This document shows, piece after piece, positions 19,398-29,399 of a stretch of 64,000 nt of DNA; position 1 is the stretch's first letter, and each line of letters opens with the position of its first letter. This DNA comes from an uncultured bacterium (GTDB taxonomy: Bacteria > Omnitrophota > Omnitrophia > Omnitrophales > Aquincolibacteriaceae). The DNA lies in contig CAZLTL010000008.1 of NCBI GenBank assembly GCA_964562525.1, positions 27,710-91,709 on the forward strand. The letters are read 5' to 3'. Made by a program: the position numbers and the translations under genes. Under the pieces are notes generated by a model. That model saw nothing but the letters and a program-made list of their open reading frames with translations. It made no database searches and was not told where the DNA came from.

Positions 19398-19409
19398 AAC
19401 AACTATCGA

Positions 19410-19793
19410 TTACTTCGCGGCCGGCTTCTTCGTGAGACCGCCGATGGTCTTGCGCTTACCTTTACGCGTACGTGAATTGGTATGCGTTCTTTGTCCGCGT
19501 ACCGGCAAACCCTTCAAATGACGAAGACCGCGGTAAGTGCGAATGTCCATCAAGCGCTTAATGTTCTGGTGAATGTCTCGGCGCAAATCACCTTCAATTT
19601 TATAATCACGCTGCAAAATCATCGTAATTGCCGAAAGCTCACTTTCGGTCAAATCCTTGGCGCGCTTGTCAGGATCCACTTTGGCGGACGCCAAAATCTT
19701 GTAAGACAAAGTCCGCCCAACCCCAAACAAATAGGTTAAGGCAATAAAAGTTTTCTTTCCCTGTGGAATATCCACACCCAAAATACGCGGCAT
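19410..19793 (-). CDS. rpsM: 30S ribosomal protein S13
   Basis: [28 protein letters not shown]... Confidence 0.95.
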   Translation of the reverse strand: MPRILGVDIPQGKKTFIALTYLFGVGRTLSYKILASAKVDPDKRAKDLTESELSAITMILQRDYKIEGDLRRDIHQNIKRLMDIRTYRGLRHLKGLPVRGQRTHTNSRTRKGKRKTIGGLTKKPAAK

Positions 19794-19865
19794 ATTTTCT
19801 CCTGTTTATCTTTGGCTTTGCGCTTGCTGCGCGACGGCCATCATCTAGCTTCTAAAAATTTTCTT

Positions 19866-19892
19866 CGCGGTTGCGGCAGAGCCGCAGAGCCC
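19866..19892 (+). repeat. Repeat copy 6: CGCGGTTG CGGC AGA GCCG CAGAGCC
   Basis: rpmJ-rpsM spacer, 11 nt after the rpmJ stop. Confidence 0.6.
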
Positions 19893-19903
19893 AACGAAAC
19901 GGC

Positions 19904-20017
19904 TTAACCCTGACGCTGCTTATGCTTCGGGTTCGAACAAATAACATAAACCCTACGCTGACGTCTTACGATCTTGCAATTCTCACAAATTCTTTTTACT
20001 GACGAACGAACCTTCAT
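19904..20017 (-). CDS. rpmJ: 50S ribosomal protein L36 (zinc-ribbon type)
   Basis: Not in the ORF track (37 aa). Minus-strand ATG at 20015-20017, with AAGAGGGAA 5 nt upstream. Translation [37 protein letters not shown], stop TAA. Confidence 0.9.
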   Translation of the reverse strand: MKVRSSVKRICENCKIVRRQRRVYVICSNPKHKQRQG

Positions 20018-20057
20018 ATATTCCCTCTTTTATCTAACTATCTAAACTCTCTGGTTT

Positions 20058-20080
20058 CGCGATTGGGCGAAGCCCAGAGC
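20058..20080 (+). repeat. Repeat copy 7: CGCGATTG GGC GAA GCC CAGAGC AAAAAC
   Basis: infA-rpmJ spacer. Followed by a second GC palindrome GGCCGCGGCTGCGCGCAGCGCG at 20091-20112. Confidence 0.6.
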
Positions 20081-20118
20081 AAAAACAAAACTGGCCGCGG
20101 CTGCGCGCAGCGCGAAAA

Positions 20119-20337
20119 TCATTTAACGCGATAAGTAATACGTCCCCGGCTCAAATCATAAGGCGATAACTCCACCTTCACTGAATCCCCCGGTAAAATA
20201 CGAATATAGTTCATCCGCATTTTCCCCGAAATATGCGCAAGAATAATATGTCCGTTTTCCAATTCAACACGAAATTGAGCGTTAGGCAAAGGCTCAACCA
20301 CCTTACCTTCAACTTCAATCGCGTCTTCTTTGGCCAT
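20119..20337 (-). CDS. infA: Translation initiation factor IF-1
   Basis: 72 aa, [30 protein letters not shown]... S1-like OB fold. Confidence 0.95.
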   Translation of the reverse strand: MAKEDAIEVEGKVVEPLPNAQFRVELENGHIILAHISGKMRMNYIRILPGDSVKVELSPYDLSRGRITYRVK

Positions 20338-20390
20338 ATTCTTTTTTTATCTTTGCTAATTAGCGAATTTTTTCAACGCTCAAACTCTGT

Positions 20391-21155
20391 TCAGAGCTTA
20401 ACGCTGTATCCGCCCGTTAAATTTATAAATCCATCTTCTAAAAATGCGATGGAGTCTTCATAGTGACTCGCCCACGAGCGGTCCTTCGTCACCACCGTCC
20501 ACCCATCCGCCAACATCTGAACTTCATAGGAACCGGCCGTCACCATCGGTTCAATCGCCAATACTAGCCCGGGTTCTATTTTAAGACCCCGACCCGCTTT
20601 ACCGTAATTGGGCACTTGCGGCTCTTCATGTAAACTTTTTCCGATTCCGTGACCAACAAAATCACGCACAACACCAAACCCGCGCGACTCGATATACTTT
20701 TGAATCGCTTCTGAAAGATCGCCAATCTGGCAACCCGGCCTATAAGCTTTGAGCGCAGCTTCCATTCCACCCTTGGAAGCATCCATCAAAGCTTGTGTTT
20801 TTGCATCCGGTTTTCCGCCTACGCACCAAGAGCGCGCCGCGTCCGAATAAAAATCTTTGTATATAACACCAATATCAAAACTGACTAAGTCGCCGTTTTT
20901 CAGCTTCTTGTTTCCCGGAATCCCGTGAACAACTTCTTCGTTTACCGAAATACAAGCAACCTTCGGAAAGCCGCGGTACCCTTTAAATGCTGACTTACCG
21001 CCTTGACTGCGAATGATTTTCTCGGCAATCGCATCTAAGTCGTTCGTTGTCGCGTTTTCACAAACAGCCGGCTGAACTGCCGCAAAGATTTTTTGTAAAA
21101 TCAACGCTGCTTCCTGCATGATTTCAATTTCGCGCTTAGACTTAAGCTCGATCAT
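20391..21155 (-). CDS. map: Methionine aminopeptidase type I
   Basis: 254 aa with metal-binding D, D, H, E, E residues in conserved positions. Confidence 0.9.
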   Translation of the reverse strand: MIELKSKREIEIMQEAALILQKIFAAVQPAVCENATTNDLDAIAEKIIRSQGGKSAFKGYRGFPKVACISVNEEVVHGIPGNKKLKNGDLVSFDIGVIYKDFYSDAARSWCVGGKPDAKTQALMDASKGGMEAALKAYRPGCQIGDLSEAIQKYIESRGFGVVRDFVGHGIGKSLHEEPQVPNYGKAGRGLKIEPGLVLAIEPMVTAGSYEVQMLADGWTVVTKDRSWASHYEDSIAFLEDGFINLTGGYSVKL

Positions 21156-21808
21156 GAAATCAAACTGAGTTTTTCAAAGAGCTTTGTAATAATTGGCTGC
21201 AATTCCGGAACATCCAAGTCACCCGGAATATTCTGCAGCAAATCACGTTTCCGATAAAAATCAATCAAAGGACTTGTTTCGTTGTCATAAACATTGAGAC
21301 GATTTTTAATCGTCTCCGGCGCATCATCCTTGCGCTGAATGAGTGCTTCACCGGTATCATCACAAATGCCTTCTTTTTTAGGCGGCATATTCCGAATATG
21401 GTAAACACGTCCGGTCGTCGGATTCACTCGGCGGCCCGATAAGCGCTCCAAAATTACTTTTTCGGATGTCTCAAAATTTAAAACTAAATCCAAAGGAATT
21501 TGTTCTTTTTCAAGAAAAGCTTCCAACGCTTCCGCCTGCCCAAGCGTGCGCGGATAACCGTCTAAAATAAATCCTTTATCCTTGATCGCTCTGATTTCGG
21601 AGAACATCATCTCGTTCACAAGATTGTCTGAAACCAGCGCACCTTTTTCAATTGTCGCGCGCGCCTGAACTCCAAGCCCCGTGCCTTCTTTCATATGGCG
21701 TCGCAAAATATCGCCGGTTGCCAACTGAACTAAGCCGTGCTTTTCTTTAATAATTTTCGCGTGCGTTCCCTTGCCCGCGCCCGGAGGCCCCAACAGAACC
21801 ATTCTCAT
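21152..21808 (-). CDS. adk: Adenylate kinase
   Basis: MRMVLLGPPGAGKGTHAK P-loop. 218 aa. Confidence 0.95.
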   Translation of the reverse strand: MRMVLLGPPGAGKGTHAKIIKEKHGLVQLATGDILRRHMKEGTGLGVQARATIEKGALVSDNLVNEMMFSEIRAIKDKGFILDGYPRTLGQAEALEAFLEKEQIPLDLVLNFETSEKVILERLSGRRVNPTTGRVYHIRNMPPKKEGICDDTGEALIQRKDDAPETIKNRLNVYDNETSPLIDFYRKRDLLQNIPGDLDVPELQPIITKLFEKLSLIS

Positions 21809-21810
21809 GT

Positions 21811-23145
21811 TTAGGCGCGCCTCGACTTGAGTTTTCCGCTCTTAATAAACCCTTCGTAGTGACGCATCAAAAGCTGCGATTCAATCGCTTTCATGGTATC
21901 CAAAATAACACCTACGATAATCAAAAGACCGGTTCCGCCAAAAAAGCTCGCAACCAAAAAAGGAAGCTTCAAAAGCCAATTCGCCGAAACGATGTTCGGA
22001 AAAATAGCGATAATGAAAAGAAACACAGCTCCTGATGCTGCGATACGCGTCACAACAAAGTCCAAAAACTCTGCTGTGTTTTTTCCTGGGCGAATTCCGG
22101 GAATAAAACCGCCCGACTTTTGCAAATGATCAGCAACTTCAATCGGGTTAAAAGTAATTGCCGTATAGAAAAAAGTAAAAAACAAAATAAGTCCGCCGTA
22201 AATCATGGAATAACCTAAGCTTCCATAACTTAAAAATTGCGCAACCGAGGTTAACGCCCCCGCTTGAGGAAAAAATCCGGCCAATGTTGCCGGGAAAAGA
22301 ATAACCGACTGAGCAAAGATAATAGGAATAACGCCCGCCTGGTTTACTTTCAAAGGAATGTAAGTACTATTGCCGCCATAAACACGGCTGCCGCGAATTT
22401 GCTTTGCGTGCTGAACCGGAATTCTGCGCGTTCCCTGAATAATATAGATAACACCGACAACAGTAAAAAAGAACAGGGCAACCATAATAATCAAAGCCCA
22501 CCATGCCAGCTGGCCGGTTTGAAAAAGAACATAGGTTTGACGCAATGCTTCAGGAATCGACTCCACGATACCGGCGGCAATCAAAATTGAAATCCCGTTT
22601 CCAATTCCAAACTTGTCAATCTGTTCGCCCAACCACATGATGAATGCGGTTCCGGTCGTCATCGTAAGCATACACATGAGACGAAAGCCCCAGCCCGGAT
22701 TCGGAACGATGACTTCGTCCTGAAACATTCTTGGATTTTCAAGCCATAAAGCGATGAAGAAAGTTTGGATTAAACCCAAAATAATCGTGCCGTAACGGGT
22801 GTATTGCGTGATCTTCTTACGGCCTTCTTCACCTTCTTTTGCCATCTTCTCAAGCGCCGGAATAACAACGGTTAAAAGCTGGAGAATAATTGACGCGGAA
22901 ACATACGGCATAATTCCCAAAGCAAAAATGGACGCTTTTTGAAGAGCACCACCGGTGAACATACCCATAAAACCCAAAAGATTCCCACCGCCCATTTTTT
23001 GAAAAAATGCAGCTAAAGCAGTTTCATCCACGCCCGGAACAGGAACAAAAACACCCAAGCGATAAACAACAATCATCGCCAAGGTAAATAAAACCTTGTT
23101 CCGAAGCTCTTGAATTTTGAATATGTTCTGAAAGGCTTGAAGCAT
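21811..23145 (-). CDS. secY: Protein translocase subunit SecY
   Basis: 444 aa, 10 TM helices, in the conserved rplO-secY-adk position. Confidence 0.95.
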   Translation of the reverse strand: MLQAFQNIFKIQELRNKVLFTLAMIVVYRLGVFVPVPGVDETALAAFFQKMGGGNLLGFMGMFTGGALQKASIFALGIMPYVSASIILQLLTVVIPALEKMAKEGEEGRKKITQYTRYGTIILGLIQTFFIALWLENPRMFQDEVIVPNPGWGFRLMCMLTMTTGTAFIMWLGEQIDKFGIGNGISILIAAGIVESIPEALRQTYVLFQTGQLAWWALIIMVALFFFTVVGVIYIIQGTRRIPVQHAKQIRGSRVYGGNSTYIPLKVNQAGVIPIIFAQSVILFPATLAGFFPQAGALTSVAQFLSYGSLGYSMIYGGLILFFTFFYTAITFNPIEVADHLQKSGGFIPGIRPGKNTAEFLDFVVTRIAASGAVFLFIIAIFPNIVSANWLLKLPFLVASFFGGTGLLIIVGVILDTMKAIESQLLMRHYEGFIKSGKLKSRRA

Positions 23146-23154
23146 CGAAAACTC

Positions 23155-23586
23155 TTATGCGTCGATGAGAACGGCTTTTCCGCCCGCAGCTTCGATTTTA
23201 GTCTTTGCCGAAGCGCTAAAAGCATGCGCGCTCACGTTCAAAGCTTTTTGAATTTCTCCTGTGCCAAGAATCTTAACGGATGCATTCTTTTTACGAATAA
23301 CACCGTTTTCAACTAAAACAGCAGGGGTTACGTCCGAAACAGAAAGCTCAGAAAGCTGATGGAGATTCACCGCCAAATAACGCTCTTTGAGATCTTCGCG
23401 GCTAAATCCACGCTTAGGCAATTTACGCCACAGAGGATTCTGTCCGCCTTCAAAACCGGCGCGACGGCTGTAACCTGAACGGGCTCTTTGCCCCTTATGA
23501 CCCTTGGTTGAAGTTCCGCCGTGTCCGGAAGAACCCCCGCGTCCGAGTCTCTTTGATTTCTTTAAATATTGCTTTTTAGCCTTCAT
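23155..23586 (-). CDS. rplO: 50S ribosomal protein L15
   Basis: The ORF-track N-terminal extension is out-of-frame rpsE sequence. The real ATG at 23584-23586 ([24 protein letters not shown]...) lies inside the last rpsE codons, an 11-nt overlap. No rpmD lies between. Confidence 0.85.
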   Translation of the reverse strand: MKAKKQYLKKSKRLGRGGSSGHGGTSTKGHKGQRARSGYSRRAGFEGGQNPLWRKLPKRGFSREDLKERYLAVNLHQLSELSVSDVTPAVLVENGVIRKKNASVKILGTGEIQKALNVSAHAFSASAKTKIEAAGGKAVLIDA

Positions 23587-24157
23587 GGCCGGCTTCACTT
23601 TCTTCTTTGCGAGTACGCGTATTAACCAAGGACAAAAGCCCTTGAACGGTCGCTTTGAATACATTAACTGAGTTATCACTACCAAGACTTTTTGTCAGAA
23701 TATCTTTAATTCCGCAAGATTCGCAAACGGCACGCACCGCGCCGCCGGCAATAATTCCAGTACCGGGAGCAGCGGGCTTCAAAAGAACTTTCGCCGCGCC
23801 ATACTGACCGATTACTTCATGCGGGATAGTTGTATTGCGCAAAATAACACGAACCGAACGCTTGCGCGCGGCAGTTAATGCTTTCTTGATGGCATCCGCA
23901 ACTTCATTGGCTTTTCCTTGGCCGTAGCCAAATTCGCCATGACCATTGCCGACAATCACAAGCGCGCTAAAACCAAAACGCTTACCACCCTTAACAACCT
24001 TACAAGAACGGTTGATCGCAACCACTTTTTCAAAGTTGGTTGACTTTTCAGTTCCGGCGGAAACTTCCTCAACAACCGCAAGCGCGGCTGCGGGATTCAA
24101 CAGCTTCTTTGCTGCTTCAGCTTCAGTTTCTTTTTTTGCTTTCAACTTATCTGCCAT
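23576..24157 (-). CDS. rpsE: 30S ribosomal protein S5 with ~35-aa Lys/Ala/Glu-rich N-terminal extension
   Basis: ...[31 protein letters not shown]... GAGGA SD before the ATG at 24155-24157. Confidence 0.95.
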   Translation of the reverse strand: MADKLKAKKETEAEAAKKLLNPAAALAVVEEVSAGTEKSTNFEKVVAINRSCKVVKGGKRFGFSALVIVGNGHGEFGYGQGKANEVADAIKKALTAARKRSVRVILRNTTIPHEVIGQYGAAKVLLKPAAPGTGIIAGGAVRAVCESCGIKDILTKSLGSDNSVNVFKATVQGLLSLVNTRTRKEESEAGHEG

Positions 24158-24202
24158 ATTTCCTCAGTTTTACTTTTTGTTATTTCTTATTCTGCTTTCA
24201 AT

Positions 24203-24225
24203 CGCGTTTGCGTGAAAAACAGAGC
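24203..24225 (+). repeat. Repeat copy 8 (degenerate: CGCGTTTG CGTG AAAAA CAGAGC AAATT)
   Basis: rplR-rpsE spacer. Confidence 0.4.
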
Positions 24226-24234
24226 AAATTCGAA

Positions 24235-24597
24235 TCAGAACTGTATTCCGCCTTCGCGCAAACCATCCGCGAGAGCTTTAACGCGACCATGATACAAATA
24301 ACCTGCACGGTCAAAACTAATCGCCGAGATCCCTTTGGCTTTCATTTTTTCAGCGTAAAACAAGCCCAAGCTTTTTGCCAAATCTTTCTTGGCGGCTTTT
24401 TTCGGCGCTTGCTTCAAAAAATCTTTGTCCAAAGTCGAAAAAGAAATCAGAGTGCGCTGAGCCATATCATCAACGACTTGCGCCTGAAGACTTCTTGCGG
24501 AACGATGAACGGACAAACGCGGACGCTCCGGTGTTCCCGAAAGTTTTTTTCTTACGCGCTGATGCCGACTCTGTCTTCCAATTTCTCTCTGATTCAT
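24235..24597 (-). CDS. rplR: 50S ribosomal protein L18
   Basis: [33 protein letters not shown]... Confidence 0.95.
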   Translation of the reverse strand: MNQREIGRQSRHQRVRKKLSGTPERPRLSVHRSARSLQAQVVDDMAQRTLISFSTLDKDFLKQAPKKAAKKDLAKSLGLFYAEKMKAKGISAISFDRAGYLYHGRVKALADGLREGGIQF

Positions 24598-24631
24598 ATT
24601 ATCCTCTGACTTAACTCTTGTTTACTGTCTT

Positions 24632-24655
24632 GACGGTTGGGCAAAGCCCAGAGCC
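24632..24655 (+). repeat. Repeat copy 9: GACGGTTG GGC AAA GCC CAGAGCC AAATT
   Basis: rplF-rplR spacer. Confidence 0.6.
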
Positions 24656-24669
24656 AAATTAAACAGTGA

Positions 24670-25209
24670 TTAGCTTCCTACTTTTTTACCCTGCTTGCGG
24701 CGAACCTGCTCGCCAACATAGCGAATCCCTTTGCCTTTATACGGCTCCGGCGGATTGAAACTTCTGATCTCCGCCGCGGCCTGACCAACTGACTGTTTAT
24801 CCGCTCCGGAAATAACAATGCGAGTCGGGTTCGGACATTTAATATCCACACCATCCTGGATCGTATAATCAATCGGATGCGTGAAGCCAAGCGACATGCT
24901 CAAAACTTTTCCCTTAATGGCAGCTTTCGCTCCCACGCCGATAATTTCAAGTTCTTTAACATAGCCTTCAGATACACCCTGAATCATATTCCGGATCACG
25001 GCGCGAGTCGTACCATGCAAAGCACGGTCAAGCGGCTGATCGGATGAGCGGCTGACCAAAACTTCACTCGCCTTCGACTCAACCTTGATGTTCGGATGAA
25101 CTTCAAAATTAAGTTCACCCTTAGGTCCTTTTACTTTTACTTTCTGCCCCTGAACGGTTACTTGAACTTTATCAAGAATCGATACGGGTTTTTTTCCTAC
25201 GCGTGACAT
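24670..25209 (-). CDS. rplF: 50S ribosomal protein L6
   Basis: MSRVGKKPVSILDKVQVTVQGQKVKVKGPKGEL... Confidence 0.95.
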   Translation of the reverse strand: MSRVGKKPVSILDKVQVTVQGQKVKVKGPKGELNFEVHPNIKVESKASEVLVSRSSDQPLDRALHGTTRAVIRNMIQGVSEGYVKELEIIGVGAKAAIKGKVLSMSLGFTHPIDYTIQDGVDIKCPNPTRIVISGADKQSVGQAAAEIRSFNPPEPYKGKGIRYVGEQVRRKQGKKVGS

Positions 25210-25275
25210 ATTTAATCCCTCAAAATCTTACTTATTTGCATGTCGAGCTGAATCGAGACATGCAAATATGAATCG

Positions 25276-25674
25276 TTACCAAACAGTGCAAATAAATTCG
25301 CCGCCAACGTTCATCTCTTTAGCCTGACGGTCTGTCATCAAACCTTTTGAAGTTGAAACAATGGCGACACCAAAACCACCCTGAACATTCGGAACTTTCT
25401 TAACACCGACATAACGGCGCAAACCGGGAGTCGAAATACGGCGAATGCCCTGCAATGCGGGCTTGCGTCCTTTGACATATTTCAAATTGACGCGCACAAA
25501 TTTCTTGGCACCTTCTTCAAATCCTTTAAAGCTTTGGATGAATCCTTCTTTTTCGAGGATTTCCAAAATTTTCAAAGCTACGTTTGAAGACGGAGTTGTG
25601 ATTTTCTCAAGACGAGCCTGAGAAGCGTTCCGCAAAACCGTTAAAAAATCTCCTACAAAATCACTTTGTGACAT
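25276..25674 (-). CDS. rpsH: 30S ribosomal protein S8
   Basis: 132 aa, the S8 family. Confidence 0.95.
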   Translation of the reverse strand: MSQSDFVGDFLTVLRNASQARLEKITTPSSNVALKILEILEKEGFIQSFKGFEEGAKKFVRVNLKYVKGRKPALQGIRRISTPGLRRYVGVKKVPNVQGGFGVAIVSTSKGLMTDRQAKEMNVGGEFICTVW

Positions 25675-25692
25675 AATTCCTTATCCTTCCGC

Positions 25693-25878
25693 TTACCAGC
25701 TCGAACGAACAACGCCCGGAATCAATCCGTCGTTTGCAAGTTCGCGAAAACAAATGCGGCATACTTGATATTTACCGATATACCCACGGGCGCGCCCGCA
25801 GCGCTGACAACGATTATACTTACGAACTTTAAACTTAGGCTCAAGCCGCTGCTTGACAACCAAACATGTTTTTGCCAT
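25693..25878 (-). CDS. rpsN: 30S ribosomal protein S14 type Z (zinc-binding, 61 aa)
   Basis: [23 protein letters not shown] has the two Cys pairs (CxxC...CxxC). Confidence 0.95.
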   Translation of the reverse strand: MAKTCLVVKQRLEPKFKVRKYNRCQRCGRARGYIGKYQVCRICFRELANDGLIPGVVRSSW

Positions 25879-25897
25879 GAAACGCTACCTCTTTACC

Positions 25898-26464
25898 TTA
25901 TCTTTTTTTAAAGGGAAAACCAAGAAGCTCTAAAAGTCTTTTTGCTTCTTGATTGTTGTTTGCTGTTGTCACAAAAGTAATATCCATACCCTGAGATTTT
26001 TTTACTTTGTCGAAATGAACTTCGGGAAAAACAGTCTGTTCCGTCAATCCAATTGAAAAGTTTCCGCGGCCATCAAAGCTGCGGTCTGAAAAACCCTGAA
26101 AGTCACGAATACGCGGCATCGCAATATTGAACAAGCGGTCCATGAATTCGTACATACGCGCCTTGCGCAATGTTACCTTCAATCCAATGGGAGCGTTTTC
26201 ACGCAGCTTAAACGCTGAAATCGCTTTTTTAGAGCGGCGAACCACCGGCTTCTGACCGGCAATCAAGGACAATTCTTCAGCGCATTGCTCAAGAATTTTA
26301 ATATCCGAAGGACCTTCTTTAATTCCCATGTTGATTACGATTTTATCAATGTGAGGAATCTGCATCGGATTCTTATACCCAAATTCTTCCCGAAGCTGCT
26401 TCACGATTTCATCGTCATATCGCGCCTTCAAACGGGGCGTGTATTTCTCTTGTGCCGTTGCCAT
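25898..26464 (-). CDS. rplE: 50S ribosomal protein L5
   Basis: 188 aa, the L5 family. Confidence 0.95.
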   Translation of the reverse strand: MATAQEKYTPRLKARYDDEIVKQLREEFGYKNPMQIPHIDKIVINMGIKEGPSDIKILEQCAEELSLIAGQKPVVRRSKKAISAFKLRENAPIGLKVTLRKARMYEFMDRLFNIAMPRIRDFQGFSDRSFDGRGNFSIGLTEQTVFPEVHFDKVKKSQGMDITFVTTANNNQEAKRLLELLGFPFKKR

Positions 26465-26465
26465 A

Positions 26466-26774
26466 TTAGAAAACCTCTCCTGACTTCTTCGCTAATCTTT
26501 GTTTTGTTCCATCCGCAAGGCGGGAGTAACCCACGCGCGTCGGCTTACCTGAGCGCGGACATACAAGCTTCACGTTTGAAGCATGCAATTTGCCTTCGAT
26601 CTTTGAAATTCCACCCTTAGGATTCTCTTGGCTCTTGCGCAAATAAACCGTCTGGTAATTAATTTTCTCAATAAGCAAAGCCTGCTCTGTTGAAAAAACA
26701 CGCATAACCTTACCCTTTTTACCCTTATCCTTGCCCGCAATCACGAGCACTTCATCGCCTTTTCTAATCTTCAT
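26466..26774 (-). CDS. rplX: 50S ribosomal protein L24
   Basis: MKIRKGDEVLVIAGKDKGKKGKVMRV KOW motif. Confidence 0.95.
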   Translation of the reverse strand: MKIRKGDEVLVIAGKDKGKKGKVMRVFSTEQALLIEKINYQTVYLRKSQENPKGGISKIEGKLHASNVKLVCPRSGKPTRVGYSRLADGTKQRLAKKSGEVF

Positions 26775-26777
26775 AAC

Positions 26778-27146
26778 CTAAACAACCTCCGGAGCCAAAG
26801 AAATAATCTTGGTAAAAGAACAATCACGCAATTCACGCGCCACAGGCCCGAAAATACGTGTTCCACGCGGGTTCTTCGCATTGTCAATTAACACAATTGC
26901 ATTCGATGAGAAGCGAACGGTAGAGCCGTCCTTGCGCTGAATCGGGAAACGCGTACGAACAACAACCGCCTTCACGACTTCGCCTTTTTTAACAGCCGAT
27001 GTCGGAATGGCTTCTTTTACGGAAGCGGTAATAATGTCGCCCACTTCCGCCACCAAAGTTCCGTGACGGCCAATAACGCCGATCATGGACGCTTTTTTTG
27101 CGCCGCTGTTGTCTGCAATATCAAGTATCGATCGAATCTGAATCAT
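26778..27146 (-). CDS. rplN: 50S ribosomal protein L14
   Basis: The ORF-track start (27173) is TTG. The in-frame ATG giving [18 protein letters not shown]... is the conserved L14 N-terminus. Confidence 0.9.
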   Translation of the reverse strand: MIQIRSILDIADNSGAKKASMIGVIGRHGTLVAEVGDIITASVKEAIPTSAVKKGEVVKAVVVRTRFPIQRKDGSTVRFSSNAIVLIDNAKNPRGTRIFGPVARELRDCSFTKIISLAPEVV

Positions 27147-27400
27147 GCTGCCACCACTTTCGTAATGCGCCAACGCTTACTCTTTGAAACCGGTCCGGTT
27201 TCGACGATATAAACTTTATCGCCAATCTTAGAAACATTTTTTTCGTCATGCGCATAGCACTTAATCTGCCGCGCAATAACTTTTTTAAATTCCGGATGCT
27301 GAAACACTTTCGTAACTTCAACAACACGCGTCTTATTCATTTTGTCACTGGTGACAACACCCTCTAAAACACTCGCTGATTTTTTTATAACTTCCGCCAT
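27143..27400 (-). CDS. rpsQ: 30S ribosomal protein S17
   Basis: 85 aa, ...[31 protein letters not shown]... Overlaps rplN start by 4 nt. Confidence 0.95.
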   Translation of the reverse strand: MAEVIKKSASVLEGVVTSDKMNKTRVVEVTKVFQHPEFKKVIARQIKCYAHDEKNVSKIGDKVYIVETGPVSKSKRWRITKVVAA

Positions 27401-27401
27401 A

Positions 27402-27599
27402 TTAAGACGCGCTCCTCTTTTGATTCATCACAGTCAAAACACGTGCAATATCCCGGCGAACATCACGGATCGTCGAATGCTTTTCAAGCTTTCCCAGCTT
27501 CGCATCAAAGCGCAACTGCATGAGCTGCTTCTTGAGCTGCCCTTCTTTTTCGATAAGCTCTTCTTTGCTCAAATTTTGGAAATCCGCTACTTTCGCCAT
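27402..27599 (-). CDS. rpmC: 50S ribosomal protein L29
   Basis: 65 aa, [31 protein letters not shown]... Confidence 0.95.
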   Translation of the reverse strand: MAKVADFQNLSKEELIEKEGQLKKQLMQLRFDAKLGKLEKHSTIRDVRRDIARVLTVMNQKRSAS

Positions 27600-27638
27600 A
27601 ATATTTACCTTTTCTTCTACCTTTTATTCTTCAATTGC

Positions 27639-27660
27639 CTGATGGTTTCAACCCCATCAG
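27639..27660 (+). repeat. Divergent family member or unrelated hairpin: ATTGC CTGATGG tttcaacc CCATCAG CAAAAT
   Basis: rplP-rpmC spacer, 9 nt after the rplP stop. It shares the TTG start, the CAG end and the CAAAAT tail, but lacks AGC. Confidence 0.3.
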
Positions 27661-27669
27661 CAAAATAAA

Positions 27670-28086
27670 TCAAAAATTCTCGCGTTTTACAAATTTCGTA
27701 CGGAACGGAATCTTGTGTGCGCACAGACGGAAAGCCGACTTGGCAAGCAATTCCGGAACACCTGAAATTTCAAAAATAACTTTTCCGGGCTTAATAACGC
27801 AAACGTAATACTCAGGTGATCCCTTACCTTTACCCATACGAGTCTCGGGCGGACGCTTGGTATACGGCTTATCCGGAAAAGCACGAAGCCACAATTTACC
27901 GCTGCGCTTAACGTGGCGAGAAAGAGCGACACGCGCCGCTTCAATCTGAATCGCTGTTAAATATCCACGGTCAATTGCTTTCAAACCAAAGTCGCCAAAC
28001 GACAACTCGGCACCGCGGGTGGCAACACCCCCCATGGATCCACGCTGCATTTTTCTATACTTAACTCGCTTCGGCATTAACGACAT
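27670..28086 (-). CDS. rplP: 50S ribosomal protein L16
   Basis: ...[17 protein letters not shown]... AAAGAGGAA SD before the ATG at 28084-28086. Confidence 0.95.
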   Translation of the reverse strand: MSLMPKRVKYRKMQRGSMGGVATRGAELSFGDFGLKAIDRGYLTAIQIEAARVALSRHVKRSGKLWLRAFPDKPYTKRPPETRMGKGKGSPEYYVCVIKPGKVIFEISGVPELLAKSAFRLCAHKIPFRTKFVKRENF

Positions 28087-28113
28087 AACAATTCCTCTTT
28101 ATTCTTTTCGGGC

Positions 28114-28845
28114 TTAAGCTTTAGCCTGATTCGTCTCTGCGCCGGCAGAAGCAGCTTGTAACTCAGCTTCTTTGCTTGCTTGCAGAGCTCTTTCAAGGCG
28201 TTTTTCAGCTTGCTCTTTTTTAACCAAAATATCACCCTTATAAATCCAAACCTTACAGCCGATTGTACCGTAAGCCGTAAAAGCTTCGATAAAGCCGTAA
28301 TCCACATCCGCGCGGAAAGTCTGCAAAGGGACTTTTCCCTCATGATAGCCTTCAGCACGCGCGATTTCCGCACCGCCCAAACGGCCCTTCACTTGAATTT
28401 TAATTCCGAGCGCACCCTTTTGCATGGCAAGCTGCATCGCACGCTTCATCGCACGGCGAAAGCCAATACGCTTTTCAAGCTGCTGAGCAATGTTCTCCGC
28501 AACAAGCTGAGCGTCAATCTGAGGAACTTTCACTTCTTTGATATCCAAGAAAATTTCGTTCTTGGTAATCTTAGAAATATCATCCTTGATCTTGTCGATT
28601 TCTTGTCCGCGGCGGCCGATGATCACACCCGGCTTTGCGGCAAAAATACGCACGCGAACACGCCCCTGCGAACGCTCAATCTCAACGCTTGAAATACCGG
28701 CTTGCGCTAATTTCTTCTTAACATAAGCGCGGATCTTGAGATCCTCGTGCAAGAGAGTCCCTTCCGCCTTATCTGAAAACCAACGAGCTTTCCAGGTGCG
28801 AATGTAACCTAAACGAATTCCGTACGGATGAACTTTCTGGCCCAA
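28114..28845 (-). CDS. rpsC: 30S ribosomal protein S3
   Basis: [23 protein letters not shown]... KH domain. Confidence 0.95.
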   Translation of the reverse strand: MGQKVHPYGIRLGYIRTWKARWFSDKAEGTLLHEDLKIRAYVKKKLAQAGISSVEIERSQGRVRVRIFAAKPGVIIGRRGQEIDKIKDDISKITKNEIFLDIKEVKVPQIDAQLVAENIAQQLEKRIGFRRAMKRAMQLAMQKGALGIKIQVKGRLGGAEIARAEGYHEGKVPLQTFRADVDYGFIEAFTAYGTIGCKVWIYKGDILVKKEQAEKRLERALQASKEAELQAASAGAETNQAKA

Positions 28846-28864
28846 AACGAATCCTCCCTATTGC

Positions 28865-29317
28865 CTAAGCTTTAACAGCTTTAGACTTCGACTTTTTTGA
28901 CTTTTCTTCAACAACCGGAGCAATCACCGGGTTGACAACTTTTTTACCTTCAGCAACGATAACCGTAACATGGGTTGTGCGCTTTAACATACGATCCATA
29001 CGCCCCTGTGAACGCGGAAAAATTCTTTTCATGGTCGGACCGTTATCAGTCAAAACCTCTTTAACAATCAACTTCGACTCATCCAACCCTTTGATTTTGG
29101 CGTTGGCTAAAGCACTTTTTAAAACTTTCGCGATAATGCGCGCACCCTTTTTATTAGTGACCTGCAAAATCGCAACCGCGTCAATGGCTGGGCGCTTGCG
29201 AACAATGTCCGCAACCAATCCCATTTTACGGGTTGAAATTCTCGCATACTGCCAGCTGGCAACAGCGTGTTTATCGTCGTTATTTCTATTTTTTGCTAAA
29301 GTTCCGCTATGACTCAT
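28865..29317 (-). CDS. rplV: 50S ribosomal protein L22 (Lys-rich C-terminal tail)
   Basis: 150 aa, the L22 family. Ends ...EEKSKKSKSKAVKA. Confidence 0.95.
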   Translation of the reverse strand: MSHSGTLAKNRNNDDKHAVASWQYARISTRKMGLVADIVRKRPAIDAVAILQVTNKKGARIIAKVLKSALANAKIKGLDESKLIVKEVLTDNGPTMKRIFPRSQGRMDRMLKRTTHVTVIVAEGKKVVNPVIAPVVEEKSKKSKSKAVKA

Positions 29318-29364
29318 TTCTTCATCTCACTTTTTTTCGTAATACTTTTATTACTGCTCTGTAT

Positions 29365-29387
29365 CGCGGTTGGGCGAAGCCCAGAGC
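29365..29387 (+). repeat. Repeat copy 10: CGCGGTTG GGC GAA GCC CAGAGC TAAAATT (preceded by inverted GCTCTG at 29356-29361)
   Basis: rpsS-rplV spacer. Confidence 0.6.
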
Positions 29388-29399
29388 TAAAATTAATTG

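Noticed and set aside
20382-20396. CTCTG tt CAGAG palindrome and CAGAGC at the map 3' end as another repeat copy
   Set aside because: The CAGAGC lies inside the last map codons (K L stop) and there is no CGGTTG partner. It is probably chance similarity.
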